Shown in pieces: positions 45,039 to 54,651 of a stretch of 64,000 nt of DNA; the first letter of the stretch is position 1, and each line of letters begins with the position of its first letter. The DNA is from Planctomycetota bacterium (GTDB lineage: Bacteria > Planctomycetota > GCA-002687715 > DRQF01). The stretch lies in contig JBLINQ010000002.1 in the NCBI GenBank assembly GCA_047639315.1, positions 6,634 to 70,633 of the forward strand, written 5' to 3'. The notes under the pieces were generated by a model that did no database searches, had not been told where the DNA came from, and worked only from the letters and a program-made list of their open reading frames with translations. The position numbers and the translations under genes were made by a program.

Positions 45039-45908
45039 ATGCAACTTTCCATCGTCATAACTAGCTTCAACACCCGCCCCTTGCTGCATGACTGCCTCCA
45101 GTCGATTCAGGAGTCAGAAGGCGGCGTCGAGTTTGAGGTTTTTGTTGTCGACAACGGCTCGACCGATGGATCACCAGGAATGGTGAAGACGGAATTCCCC
45201 CAAGTACAGCTGTTTGAAAACAAGACCAACCGAGGGTTCGCCAAGGCCAACAATCAAGCATTGCGGCAAACCCAGGGCGACTATGTTCTACTACTGAACC
45301 CCGATACCCAACTCAGGTCCCAGACCCTCAGCGAGATGATTGAGGTCATGGACGAAAAGCCAGAGGTGGGATTGGCCGGAATTAAGCTCGTCCGCCAGGA
45401 TGGTCAGATGGATCGGGCCTGCCGACGTGGGTTTCCAACCCCATGGAACTCATTGTGGCGGTTCTTGCTGTTAGACCGTCTGTTTCCGAAAAGCCGCTTC
45501 TTCGGCGGTTACAACCTCTCATTCATGGATCCTGATGGCGAGTACGAGGTTGACGCTATCGTCGGGGCATTCATGTTTTTCCGTCGGGAAACTCTAGAGG
45601 AAGTCGGAGTCTTGGACGAGAACTTCTTCATGTTCGGTGAAGACTTGGATTGGTGCTACCGGGTGAGCCGAAGCGAGTGGAAGATCCTTTACGTGGGTTC
45701 CAAAGAGGTGCTTCACATCAAGGGCGCATCGACCCGACAAAACCCGCAGTTGATGAATTCACACTTTCACCGGGCCATGCTCATCTTCCACAAGAAGCAT
45801 TTGGAGCATCACTACCCATTCTTCATCAATTGGCTTGTATCCATCGGAATCGGCCTTCGCTGGGTCTGCAAAGCTGTCCTCTTGCGCTTTCGTCGCCGTC
45901 ACGCCTAA
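45039..45908 (+). CDS. glycosyltransferase family 2 (rhamnosyltransferase-like)
   Basis: LSIVITSFNTRPLL...VVDNGSTDGS...NRGFAKANN...LLLNPD...GAFMFFRRE...FFMFGEDLDWCYR are the canonical GT2 motifs. Confidence 0.85.
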   Translation: MQLSIVITSFNTRPLLHDCLQSIQESEGGVEFEVFVVDNGSTDGSPGMVKTEFPQVQLFENKTNRGFAKANNQALRQTQGDYVLLLNPDTQLRSQTLSEMIEVMDEKPEVGLAGIKLVRQDGQMDRACRRGFPTPWNSLWRFLLLDRLFPKSRFFGGYNLSFMDPDGEYEVDAIVGAFMFFRRETLEEVGVLDENFFMFGEDLDWCYRVSRSEWKILYVGSKEVLHIKGASTRQNPQLMNSHFHRAMLIFHKKHLEHHYPFFINWLVSIGIGLRWVCKAVLLRFRRRHA

Positions 45909-45985
45909 AAGACTTCCTTTGTTGCTAACGAAAGCACTTCACCAAAAGACCCTCGAACGGGTATACTTCCTTGGCGAACGAAAGC

Positions 45986-46771
45986 ATGAGGAATGAAATG
46001 TCCGAACCGATTATCCGAATTCAGGGTCTGACCGACGTCGGCAAGAAGCGAGATCACAATGAAGATCGTTTCTATGTCTCAGAGATCCATAACTATGCGG
46101 TTTTAGCTGATGGTATGGGAGGGCGCCATTTCGGTGAAGTCGCTGCTCAGATGAGCGTTGATAGTATCCGGGATCGGTTTGAGAGTTATTTCCCTGAGTC
46201 AATCAGCAGCCTCCGAACAGCAGATCAGGCCCATTGCTCTGACATGGTGACCTGTCTCCTAGACGATTGGATTCGTGACGCGAATTTTGAGGTCTGGAAT
46301 CGCGGTCAGAAAGAAGAGAAGTATCGAGAGATGGGCACGACGCTGGTTATGGTCTACACCTTACCCAGCATGGCTATCGTCGCTCATATTGGTGATAGCC
46401 GAGGTTATCACATTGATGCGGACGGTAAGATGAAGCTGGTCACCAATGACCATTCATTCGTCAATAGTCAGGTGGCGACCGGCGCCATGACGATTGAAGA
46501 GGCGGAAGCCAGCAACCAAAAGAACATCATCACTCGCGCGATCGGAACTCACCGGCAGGTGAAACCCGAATTCAAAGCGATTCGCATGCATGCCGGAGAA
46601 CGACTCCTGCTTTGCTCGGACGGCCTATCCGACATGGTGGGTGCCGAAGCGATCGGCGAAATTGCCGCTCGGAGCGAAAAGGGCAAGCACATCTTGGAGG
46701 CCTTGGTAGAAGAGGCCAACCACAATGGTGGCCGTGATAACATCACCGTCGTCCTTGTTGAGTACCTCTAA
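45986..46771 (+). CDS. PP2C-family Ser/Thr protein phosphatase
   Basis: LTDVGKKRDHNEDRF, LADGMGG, HIGDSRGY, LCSDGLSD and GGRDNITVV are the classical PP2C/Stp1 motifs. ATG 45986 is preferred. Confidence 0.85.
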   Translation: MRNEMSEPIIRIQGLTDVGKKRDHNEDRFYVSEIHNYAVLADGMGGRHFGEVAAQMSVDSIRDRFESYFPESISSLRTADQAHCSDMVTCLLDDWIRDANFEVWNRGQKEEKYREMGTTLVMVYTLPSMAIVAHIGDSRGYHIDADGKMKLVTNDHSFVNSQVATGAMTIEEAEASNQKNIITRAIGTHRQVKPEFKAIRMHAGERLLLCSDGLSDMVGAEAIGEIAARSEKGKHILEALVEEANHNGGRDNITVVLVEYL

Positions 46772-46786
46772 GACCTTGTTGTCTTC

Positions 46787-48457
46787 TTAGCGACCGTAGA
46801 CACATACACCATTGATGTATGTGGCACGGACTTTTGCTTTCAGTAGCTCCTTGGGCGGACAAGTCCTCAAATTGGTATCGACCAAGATGAAGTCGGCCAA
46901 CTTACCTGGTGCGAGGCTTCCCAGGCTGTTCTCGTTAAAAGACGCGTACGCTCCAGCCTTGGTGTAGGAGTAGAGTGCTTCCCTCCTTGTCATGCACTGA
47001 TCTCCAAACCAGCCGCCCTTCGGCAGCCCCTTGGCATTCATTCGAGTTACCGACGCATATAAACCGGCGAAGGGTGTGAGTGCCTCCACTGGTGAGTCTG
47101 TGCCATTACAAATCACTGCACCGGCATCCAAGAGACTACGCCACGCATAGGCTCCCACTTCTGCACGTCCTTGGGTGACGCGTGCGACTACCCACGCCAT
47201 GTCAGAGGTGCAATGAACGGCTTGCATGGAAGCAATGACTCCCAAGGATGCGAAGCGAGGGATATCATCTTGGTGCAGGATTTGGGCATGTTCGATGCGA
47301 AAGCGCGGATCTGCGACCTGAGGAAATTTCGGGAACAGGTCGGCCCAAGTGTCGAGAACCATACGATTCCCTCGATCACCAATGGCATGAACACAAATCT
47401 GGTAGCCGCGCTCCAATGCAATGCGACTCATTTCCTTGAATGCGGCTTGGCGGGTGAGCAGGAGTCCTTGGTGACCGATACGATCCGCGTAGTCGCTGAT
47501 CATTGCCGCACCGCGCGAACCAAGCGCCCCGTCAGCATAAATCTTGAGTCCTCTAACGGTCAACTTACCGTTGTGATCACCGACCCTTGGCGGGATGACT
47601 GTTGCCAGCTTGGTTTGTCTGATGTCACTCACGCCAAGCATGACGTAGAGGCGCAGCTTCAAATCGCCTGAAGCATAGAGTTCGTCAAGTAACTCGATGT
47701 CACGTCGATCTGTTCCTTGATCATGAAAGGAAGTGATTCCGAGCGAGAGTGCCAGCTTTTGCGCGGCTAACATGTCAGCGCGTTTTGTTGCCTTGTCGGT
47801 TGTCGGCACCACCTCGTTGATGAGCACCATGGCCTTGTCGATCAGGACGCCGGTCGGTTCACCATTCTCTTTGCGGATGATCTCGCCACCGGCAGGGGCG
47901 GCTGTCGTCCTAACCATGCCAGCAAGGTCCATAGCCTTTTTGTTCGTTAAGAGTGCGTGGCCATCGACTCGTCGTAGGGCGACAGGGTGGTTTGGGACCG
48001 CATTACTCAGAGCATCATGCTCCGGAAACTCTTTTGAAGACCAGAGGTTCTGGTCCCACCCTCGGCCTGTGATCCATTCGCCAGCAGGGCGTGTCTTGGC
48101 TTCTTTTTGAACCAACTTGATCACCTCTTCGAAACTTTGGGTCCCATTGAGGCGAACAATTCGTTGGCTGTTGCCGACACCTTGGAAATGGGCGTGACTG
48201 TCAGTGAACCCGGGCATCACGTAGGAACCGTGAGCACCGACTTCCACAGTCTTCTTGCCAGCTAAGGCCCGAATTTCCTGGTCGCTACCCAGTTTCGTAA
48301 TGCGGCCGTTCTTGATCGCCATAGCCGTGGCTTCGGGATATCGGGAGTCCATTGTTTCGATGCGTGCATTGGTCACGATGACATCTGGATCTTGCGAGAG
48401 ACCTGTAGCTGACGCCAACAAGAGCAAAATGAGTGTCAAGACGGTGTGCTTCTTCAT
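46787..48457 (-). CDS. secreted amidohydrolase family protein (Amidohydro_3-like metal-dependent hydrolase)
   Basis: Signal peptide MKKHTVLTLILLLLASATG. Metal-binding motifs are GFTDSHAHF, a later HAIGD, and a C-terminal GTDSPVE. 556 aa. Confidence 0.75.
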   Translation of the reverse strand: MKKHTVLTLILLLLASATGLSQDPDVIVTNARIETMDSRYPEATAMAIKNGRITKLGSDQEIRALAGKKTVEVGAHGSYVMPGFTDSHAHFQGVGNSQRIVRLNGTQSFEEVIKLVQKEAKTRPAGEWITGRGWDQNLWSSKEFPEHDALSNAVPNHPVALRRVDGHALLTNKKAMDLAGMVRTTAAPAGGEIIRKENGEPTGVLIDKAMVLINEVVPTTDKATKRADMLAAQKLALSLGITSFHDQGTDRRDIELLDELYASGDLKLRLYVMLGVSDIRQTKLATVIPPRVGDHNGKLTVRGLKIYADGALGSRGAAMISDYADRIGHQGLLLTRQAAFKEMSRIALERGYQICVHAIGDRGNRMVLDTWADLFPKFPQVADPRFRIEHAQILHQDDIPRFASLGVIASMQAVHCTSDMAWVVARVTQGRAEVGAYAWRSLLDAGAVICNGTDSPVEALTPFAGLYASVTRMNAKGLPKGGWFGDQCMTRREALYSYTKAGAYASFNENSLGSLAPGKLADFILVDTNLRTCPPKELLKAKVRATYINGVCVYGR

Positions 48458-48549
48458 AGAATGATCCTGACTGAAGTCATCAATAAAGTGAACCTCGTTC
48501 TTCTATCTTCGTTTTCGTTTATCTGAAAGGCGAGGTTTCCTTTCCAGCA

Positions 48550-49308
48550 GTGTCGCGAGTGATATCGGCCGATAGCCGATTGTCTCAAAAGTGCGAGTCT
48601 TTGGGGAAGTCCGTGAGTGACCGAGTAAAACAAGCTAACGACCTGATGCGCAAAGCTTCAGAATCTTTCGCCGGCGGCAAGATGCAGAAGGCTTACAAGC
48701 AATATGGACAGGCGGCCAAGGCCTATGAATTGGCCCCAGAGGCTCCTCGTGAGCGTTGGGGCTTGGCACTCTACACGCGTGCCATGTTCATCTTATCTGG
48801 CGATGCCAGCGGGCATGTCGAATCAGACCTTGATGAAGGCGATCGCCTTGTCGCTGCTGAGGAGTTTGCTGGACGCGATCGGTTTCGCGGGCTTTTCTTG
48901 TTCGCACGTTCTAAATGGCGACGCCAACATGAAGATCTTGAGCCGGCTCAGGAATTTCTAACTGCGGCCCGGGCCTGCCTCGAGGAGTCGGGCGGACCCA
49001 TCGATGCCTTAGAAATTGACCGAGAGCAGGCAAGGCTCGGTGTCGATCGAAAAGAGTGGGACATCGCTGAAGCAGCGGCCAGGAAAAGTGTCGATGGTAG
49101 CCCGGACCCACGCCAATCAATCGAGTCTCGAATTCTCTTATCCGAAGTCTTCCGTTCCCAAGAACGCATGGGCGAAGTCTTAGCAACTTTGGAAGCAGCG
49201 GCGAGCCTCGCTTTTGACACGGAGCACAAAGAGCAGCTCTGGGATCTTAAGGATCGCATTGCGATCCTTAAGCGCAATCATCCTGAGCTCGAAACCAAAG
49301 AACCTTAA
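48550..49308 (+). CDS. hypothetical helical (TPR-like) protein
   Basis: An ORF with helical-repeat character (KAYKQYGQAAKAYELAPE...). No specific family was recognised, and the start is uncertain (GTG 48550). Confidence 0.4.
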   Translation: MSRVISADSRLSQKCESLGKSVSDRVKQANDLMRKASESFAGGKMQKAYKQYGQAAKAYELAPEAPRERWGLALYTRAMFILSGDASGHVESDLDEGDRLVAAEEFAGRDRFRGLFLFARSKWRRQHEDLEPAQEFLTAARACLEESGGPIDALEIDREQARLGVDRKEWDIAEAAARKSVDGSPDPRQSIESRILLSEVFRSQERMGEVLATLEAAASLAFDTEHKEQLWDLKDRIAILKRNHPELETKEP

Positions 49309-49328
49309 GTCTCGCCGCAACCTTCGCG

Positions 49329-52300
49329 CTACTGAATCACCAAGATGATCGCGTTGGTGACCTTCAGCGATGAAGGTGTTTCTTCAATGATGCCATAGAA
49401 CGTCACGACAATAGGAAACGGAATTCCCACGGTATCTGTGAAGTGCCATGGTGTCGGTGTCGACGCGACCAGCTGCGGGCATGGATCCAATAACGTGCTA
49501 TTGGTGATCAAGAACCCGACAGGGTTTGCCGGTGTCGCGCTGCATGGCAACCAAAGTGCTGCGCCGATTCCGTATGGAATCGTCAGCGTAAGATTCTGAT
49601 GCGGCAAGCCCAAGTAACCATACAAGCCGAAGTGCGCTGGATTCGGGTTCGCTTGTGGCTGCAACATCGAATAGCTGAGCTCTTCGTTCACGTTGGCAAA
49701 GATGATTCGATCCGCGCCACCGGCGCTATTGTTGATCAAGAAGGAGTCGTAAGGGCCATTGTCTGCCGACCCCAAAGTTCCTGCCATGACAGAGTCACCG
49801 TAAGGGGGAGCCAGCTCTGGATTTCTCGCCGGCAGAATCACGCTGAAGCCAGTGACTCCCGATCCTTCAGCACCAACGATCATTTCGCCAAGGCCGTCAG
49901 CATCGATGTCGCCAGTCGAAGAGACGCTTGTGCCAAATCGTTGGCCAGCTGCGCGGCCGAACAATTCATAACGGGGTGTGTTTGACGCCGTCGAGTAAGT
50001 GTAGATCTTGCCGCAATCGACAGTTGGCCCGTCATATCCGGGTGCGCCGATAATGAGGTCTTCAACCGTATCACCATCCATGTCGGCACCACTTGCGAGG
50101 GCCGTACCAAGCTCATCGCCTGGGTTTTCGCCAACGAATCCACTGATTGGTGTCAGCATGTTTGATTCGTAAATGACAACGAGGCCAGAGTCGATACCGC
50201 CGGGGCCATCGAAGCCTGGTGCCGAAATCGCGTAGTCGCGTTTGCCATCAACATTCTGGTCGACCCAAGTCACAACGGCTGCACCGAATCGATCGTTTGG
50301 TGTCGTGCCGTTGATTTCAGCCAGGCGAACACCAGTCACACTGGAGATTAGAACGAAGCGACCGCTATCAACGCCTCCAGGAGTGGCTCCAGGAACGCCA
50401 ACAATGAGGTCTTCAATGCTGTCGAGGTCTTGGTCTTCCACAGCCATCATCGATGCACCGAACTCAAGATCAAGTCCGATGTCATCACCGTCGACCACCA
50501 AGATTGGCGTGCTGTTGAGGCCGGAGAAAATTCGGAGAGAACCAACGCCCGGTGTCGAACCAACCATCGAGAAAGGCGATGTGACGACGTAGTCATTAAC
50601 AAGGTCGCCATTTGTGTCACCCAGTGCCACAATCGTTGACCCAAACTTACCATTGGCTTGAGTGCCATCAATGCTGAGAAGCACGGTGTGGGTTGTACCT
50701 GAATAGAGCCTGATTGTTCCGGCATCGATTTGTGTGTCTCCGACAGCGGTCGGAGAGGCAATCGCGTAGTCCGGAATCGCATCACCGTTAATGTCACCTA
50801 ATGCCGTGATCGTCGAACCAAATTGCTCGCCAGCAGTAGCACCGTTGAGTGTTGCCAAGAGGTTGCCTTTGGCGCCCGAGTAAACACGTACTCGCCCGGC
50901 ATCAACTCCAGCTGTGCCATCATAGCGGGGAGATCCAACGGCAAATTCTGAGATACCATCGCCATTCAGATCGCCCAAAGCCGCTGATGCGGCACCGCAA
51001 TGGTCGTCAACCTGTTCGCCGCGTTGCATGTAGAGGTGTGACGATGGATCGGGCAGGCTGAGGGCGGCTTGGAATCCTATGCTGTAAGTGTTGAGTAAGC
51101 CGGCAGCAAAAATCGGATCAAATCCTGGTGCGCCGATATCGCGGGTTGTCGTCCGCATGATGTCATGCACCTCGCTCGCTGTGAGCGATGGGTTGATCGA
51201 TAGGGCATAGGTGGCACTGGCACTGGCAAATGCTGTCGCGAAGCTCGTGCCTGCTTGATAAACGTAATCGTCTGGGTCGAGGAAACCGTCAGATCCGCTG
51301 CGGTCGGTGGTGAGGATCTGGCTCGCGGGAGCGGAGTATGCCATGTCTGAGCCGGTGGCAGAGAAAAATGCCAAAGTGCCGTCGAAGTTAATACCGATCA
51401 GGCCGTTTACCGAACTCAAGTTCGCTGGGTAGCGAGTACCAAGGGTGGGGTCATTGCCGGCAGCCGCAAAATGCAGCATGCCATTCGCTGCAGTCGAATC
51501 GTACTTTGAAGTTGTCGGCGCTGGTTGTGCACCCAGAACGACACTGTTGTTGGTGACACGAACGCCGTTCACTTCGCACCAGTCCAAGGCGGCGACGGTC
51601 CAGCTTGACATGGTTATGAACGAGGAATTCGAAGTGCTCAAGTAGCAGCGAACCGCGAGAAGTTGAGCGTCAGGGACCACGCCAGCGACGCCAATACCGT
51701 TGTTTTGAATCGAAGTGATGACACCAGCAACACTGGTACCATGATTGTCAAAAGCATTGATTGGTTGGCCTGCTCCGACATCAGTGGTCGTGTCGACACC
51801 ATCCATGCCAAAGGGCATGTCTGGGTGATTCATTTGAACGCCTTCATCCAGAACTGCGATCTTGACTGATGCTAATCCAGTGGAGATATCCCAGGCCTCT
51901 GGGAGATCCATGTCGATGTCAGAGAGCGAATAACCTAATTGTAATTCCTGGGAGACGCCCCACATCTCTCCGAGACGTGGATCGTTTGGTACGTTGAGTT
52001 TCTCACCAGTGAAGCAGAAGTCTGGTTCTGAAAAGATGACGCCTTCGATGGTCGCCAGTGAGTTGGCAATCTTCAGAACGTTGCCGCCGTCGTTACTTTT
52101 CAACTTGACGCGATAGGCGTTGGCGAGTCCACCCCAATTGACATCCAAAATAGTGCCTTGCTGATTCACGATCGCCTTGGCTTCTTCGACTGAGATGCTC
52201 TTGTCAAATCGAATCAGAAGATCTTGCGTCGGGAACATATATCCGTCGCAGCTATCGCGAAAGACTGGGGTCGCGAACTGGATGATGTCGTGCTGAGCGA

Positions 52301-52589
52301 GTCGTTTCACAAACTTGAGAAACGCGTCACCGCTCTTGGCGCTGGCCGGAACGTTTACCAACGACCAGCCTTTGAGTGCGTAAGACTGAACTTCTTCACT
52401 GTTGATGCCGAGGTCAAGCAAGCTGCTTGGCTCGTTGCCTTGCTGCCACTCAATCGCGATGACCGCGGGATTTAAGTCAAGCGCGTGTTTCTCACCGAAG
52501 GAGTTGCTTTCCCATTGGGCACAGACAATGCCGCTCAGGAAGAACTGGGCAAGTAGAATCGCTGTCATCACTTTGGAGTGGTGGTTCAT
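49329..52589 (-). CDS. secreted subtilisin-like S8 peptidase fused to a 7-repeat FG-GAP (integrin-alpha-like) propeller
   Basis: Signal peptide MTAILLAQFFLSGIVCAQ. The S8 triad is AVLDEGV (Asp), HGTSVAGV (His) and GTSFATAF (Ser). Seven DxNGDG/DxDxDG-type Ca-binding FG-GAP units follow (LGDLNGDGISEFAVGSP, LGDINGDAIPDYAIASP, LGDTNGDLVNDYVVTSP, ...). Confidence 0.8.
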   Translation of the reverse strand: MNHHSKVMTAILLAQFFLSGIVCAQWESNSFGEKHALDLNPAVIAIEWQQGNEPSSLLDLGINSEEVQSYALKGWSLVNVPASAKSGDAFLKFVKRLAQHDIIQFATPVFRDSCDGYMFPTQDLLIRFDKSISVEEAKAIVNQQGTILDVNWGGLANAYRVKLKSNDGGNVLKIANSLATIEGVIFSEPDFCFTGEKLNVPNDPRLGEMWGVSQELQLGYSLSDIDMDLPEAWDISTGLASVKIAVLDEGVQMNHPDMPFGMDGVDTTTDVGAGQPINAFDNHGTSVAGVITSIQNNGIGVAGVVPDAQLLAVRCYLSTSNSSFITMSSWTVAALDWCEVNGVRVTNNSVVLGAQPAPTTSKYDSTAANGMLHFAAAGNDPTLGTRYPANLSSVNGLIGINFDGTLAFFSATGSDMAYSAPASQILTTDRSGSDGFLDPDDYVYQAGTSFATAFASASATYALSINPSLTASEVHDIMRTTTRDIGAPGFDPIFAAGLLNTYSIGFQAALSLPDPSSHLYMQRGEQVDDHCGAASAALGDLNGDGISEFAVGSPRYDGTAGVDAGRVRVYSGAKGNLLATLNGATAGEQFGSTITALGDINGDAIPDYAIASPTAVGDTQIDAGTIRLYSGTTHTVLLSIDGTQANGKFGSTIVALGDTNGDLVNDYVVTSPFSMVGSTPGVGSLRIFSGLNSTPILVVDGDDIGLDLEFGASMMAVEDQDLDSIEDLIVGVPGATPGGVDSGRFVLISSVTGVRLAEINGTTPNDRFGAAVVTWVDQNVDGKRDYAISAPGFDGPGGIDSGLVVIYESNMLTPISGFVGENPGDELGTALASGADMDGDTVEDLIIGAPGYDGPTVDCGKIYTYSTASNTPRYELFGRAAGQRFGTSVSSTGDIDADGLGEMIVGAEGSGVTGFSVILPARNPELAPPYGDSVMAGTLGSADNGPYDSFLINNSAGGADRIIFANVNEELSYSMLQPQANPNPAHFGLYGYLGLPHQNLTLTIPYGIGAALWLPCSATPANPVGFLITNSTLLDPCPQLVASTPTPWHFTDTVGIPFPIVVTFYGIIEETPSSLKVTNAIILVIQ

Positions 52590-52773
52590 CAGTTATTGTT
52601 TCTCAATTTCTCACAGGCAATACGGCAGACAGACTAAAAAGTCTTCCAAGAGGCGAAGGCAATTGCCTTATGGTCTATATAGAGGGTTTGATCGGCGGTC
52701 TTACGTCTTGTGTAAGGTTAGAATTCGCGGCGCCATTACTCAAGATAATCGCAGAAATGTTGAGGATGCAGTT

Positions 52774-53514
52774 TTGCACTTAGGGATTGAAGGTGACGAC
52801 TTCTTAAGAGGAGTCTTATTAGAGCGTTACAAACGATTCTTTGCTGACTGTCAGCTCGATTCCGGTGAACTAGTTACGGCGCATTGCCCAAATACTGGAA
52901 GCATGAAAACGCTCTTAGCCAAAAATTCTCCCGTTTGGCTAAAAACTCACGACAATCCGAAACGCAAGCTGCCCTATACCCTGACGCTTTTAGGGGTTGG
53001 GGATGATGATTGGGCGCTCATTAATACGGCGTTACCTAACCACATTGTGGCCGAGGGGATCACGGCAGGCATCTCTCCGAGCCTTCTCGGTTACAAATCG
53101 ATGCGTGCAGAAGTGCCCTATGGTTCGCGACGCAGTCGCATCGACCTTTTGCTTGCCGATCGGGATTCGGAATTCGGCACCGACCAATTGTGTTACGTCG
53201 AAGTCAAGAATGTCACCATGGCATCGGCTTCTGTTTCAAAACGATCCGATTTTCCGGATTCCCGTACCGAGCGCGGTCTCAAGCACCTAAAGGAATTGAG
53301 TGACATGGTTGCCGAGGGCCATCGATGTATTCAGTTTTACTTGCTTGGGCGAACTGACTGTGACTCCATCGGTGTTGCCGAAGAAATTGATCCGAAGTAT
53401 GCGGAAGGACTTAGGCGAGCGATGGCGAGTGGCGTCGAAGTTGTGTGTCACAAGCTCAAGGTCGCGAGTGGCGAAGCGACACTCGGGGATGTCTGCCCGT
53501 TTGAGTTCGAGTGA
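52774..53514 (+). CDS. sfsA: sugar fermentation stimulation protein A family (DNA/RNA nuclease-fold SfsA)
   Basis: LLERYKRFFADCQL...AHCPNTGSM...YGSRRSRIDLLL...YVEVKNVT...FPDSRTERGLKHLKEL matches E. coli SfsA by eye. I propose a TTG 52774 start with GAGGA 7 nt upstream. The track start 52402 overlaps the protease gene and is rejected. Confidence 0.8.
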   Translation: MHLGIEGDDFLRGVLLERYKRFFADCQLDSGELVTAHCPNTGSMKTLLAKNSPVWLKTHDNPKRKLPYTLTLLGVGDDDWALINTALPNHIVAEGITAGISPSLLGYKSMRAEVPYGSRRSRIDLLLADRDSEFGTDQLCYVEVKNVTMASASVSKRSDFPDSRTERGLKHLKELSDMVAEGHRCIQFYLLGRTDCDSIGVAEEIDPKYAEGLRRAMASGVEVVCHKLKVASGEATLGDVCPFEFE

Positions 53515-53523
53515 AGTAAGATC

Positions 53524-54570
53524 TTAAGTGCCGGTTTCTTCTCGCCTCGGCGGCCTGGCGAGGCCGGCAGGATCCTGGGTATCTTGTGCCAAGTTCTTTT
53601 CTGCCAGAGACAAGACACGCATGACATTGACGCCGTGCGCGCCGTCAGTGAGCGGAGTCTCTCGTGTTGCACAACAAGTGACAAAATGGAGACACTCTTC
53701 TAAGAGCGGTTCGCATTGTGGCAGGGCAATCACTTCTTCTTCGCCAAGGCGTTTACTCGTTAACCCGGCTTCGTCCACGTCGATCCCGGCATCACGCACG
53801 ATAAGTTGAGCGCCTTGACGAAGGTCATCAAAAACGGCCATCTTCTGTGATCCGACGACAACGAGCTTCTGCTCTTTGAAGGGGTGAAGCCAAGAGACAA
53901 AAACGTGAGCTTTTTGACCTTGGGGGAAATCGAGATGAGTCACCGTGACGTCTTTGATCCCCGGTTGCAACCAACTCCCACCTGTTGCTTGGACATGCGA
54001 TGGTTCTGCATCCATCAAATGGAGGATGACAGCGATGTCATGGGGAGCAAAACTCCACAAGATATTCTCTTCAGTACGAACTGTGCCAAGGTTCAGGCGG
54101 TTGGAATAGACATAGCGAATGTCTCCCAGGTCACCGCTCGCAATCAAGTACTTCAGCTTCTTGATTGCGGGATGGTAGAGCAAGATGTGCCCGATCATAA
54201 GAAGGCGGCCACGGCGCAGCGCCTCAGCTTGCAAACTCTTGGCATCATCAAGGTCCAAGGCCATTGGCTTCTCAACGAAGACGTCACGCCCCAGATCCAT
54301 CGATCGCATTGCAAGATAAGTGTGAGTCGCCGCTGGAGTGGCGATGGCCACTGCATTGATCTCTGAGGCCAAGATCTCTGGCATGTCAGAATCTATGGCG
54401 AAAGCCGGGATGCCGTATTCTTCGGTGATGAATCGGCGGCATTTCTTCGACGGGTCGACCACAGCAACAAGGACGCCAAGTTTGTGGAAACATCGGGCCA
54501 AATTTCGCCCCCAACGTCCAGCGCCGTAGAGGCATACTTTGGTTTGGCTGTGGGGTGGTCCGTTTTCCAT
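53524..54570 (-). CDS. Gfo/Idh/MocA family oxidoreductase
   Basis: N-terminal Rossmann motif VCLYGAGRWGRNLARCF and the conserved VFVEKP motif. 348 aa. Confidence 0.75.
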   Translation of the reverse strand: MENGPPHSQTKVCLYGAGRWGRNLARCFHKLGVLVAVVDPSKKCRRFITEEYGIPAFAIDSDMPEILASEINAVAIATPAATHTYLAMRSMDLGRDVFVEKPMALDLDDAKSLQAEALRRGRLLMIGHILLYHPAIKKLKYLIASGDLGDIRYVYSNRLNLGTVRTEENILWSFAPHDIAVILHLMDAEPSHVQATGGSWLQPGIKDVTVTHLDFPQGQKAHVFVSWLHPFKEQKLVVVGSQKMAVFDDLRQGAQLIVRDAGIDVDEAGLTSKRLGEEEVIALPQCEPLLEECLHFVTCCATRETPLTDGAHGVNVMRVLSLAEKNLAQDTQDPAGLARPPRREETGT

Positions 54571-54651
54571 GATGGCGGATTATCGGCTCTTTGGCCCAAA
54601 ATCACAAATCTGGTTCAGAAGGTGGTTTGATGGGGGGAGGGCAGTGGGCTC

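Noticed and set aside
52402-52773. The track ORF that extends sfsA 124 codons upstream
   Set aside because: The extension overlaps the 5' end of the S8 protease gene on the opposite strand and has no SfsA similarity. SfsA homology begins at LLERYKRF, and a TTG with a GAGGA Shine-Dalgarno at 52774 fits better.
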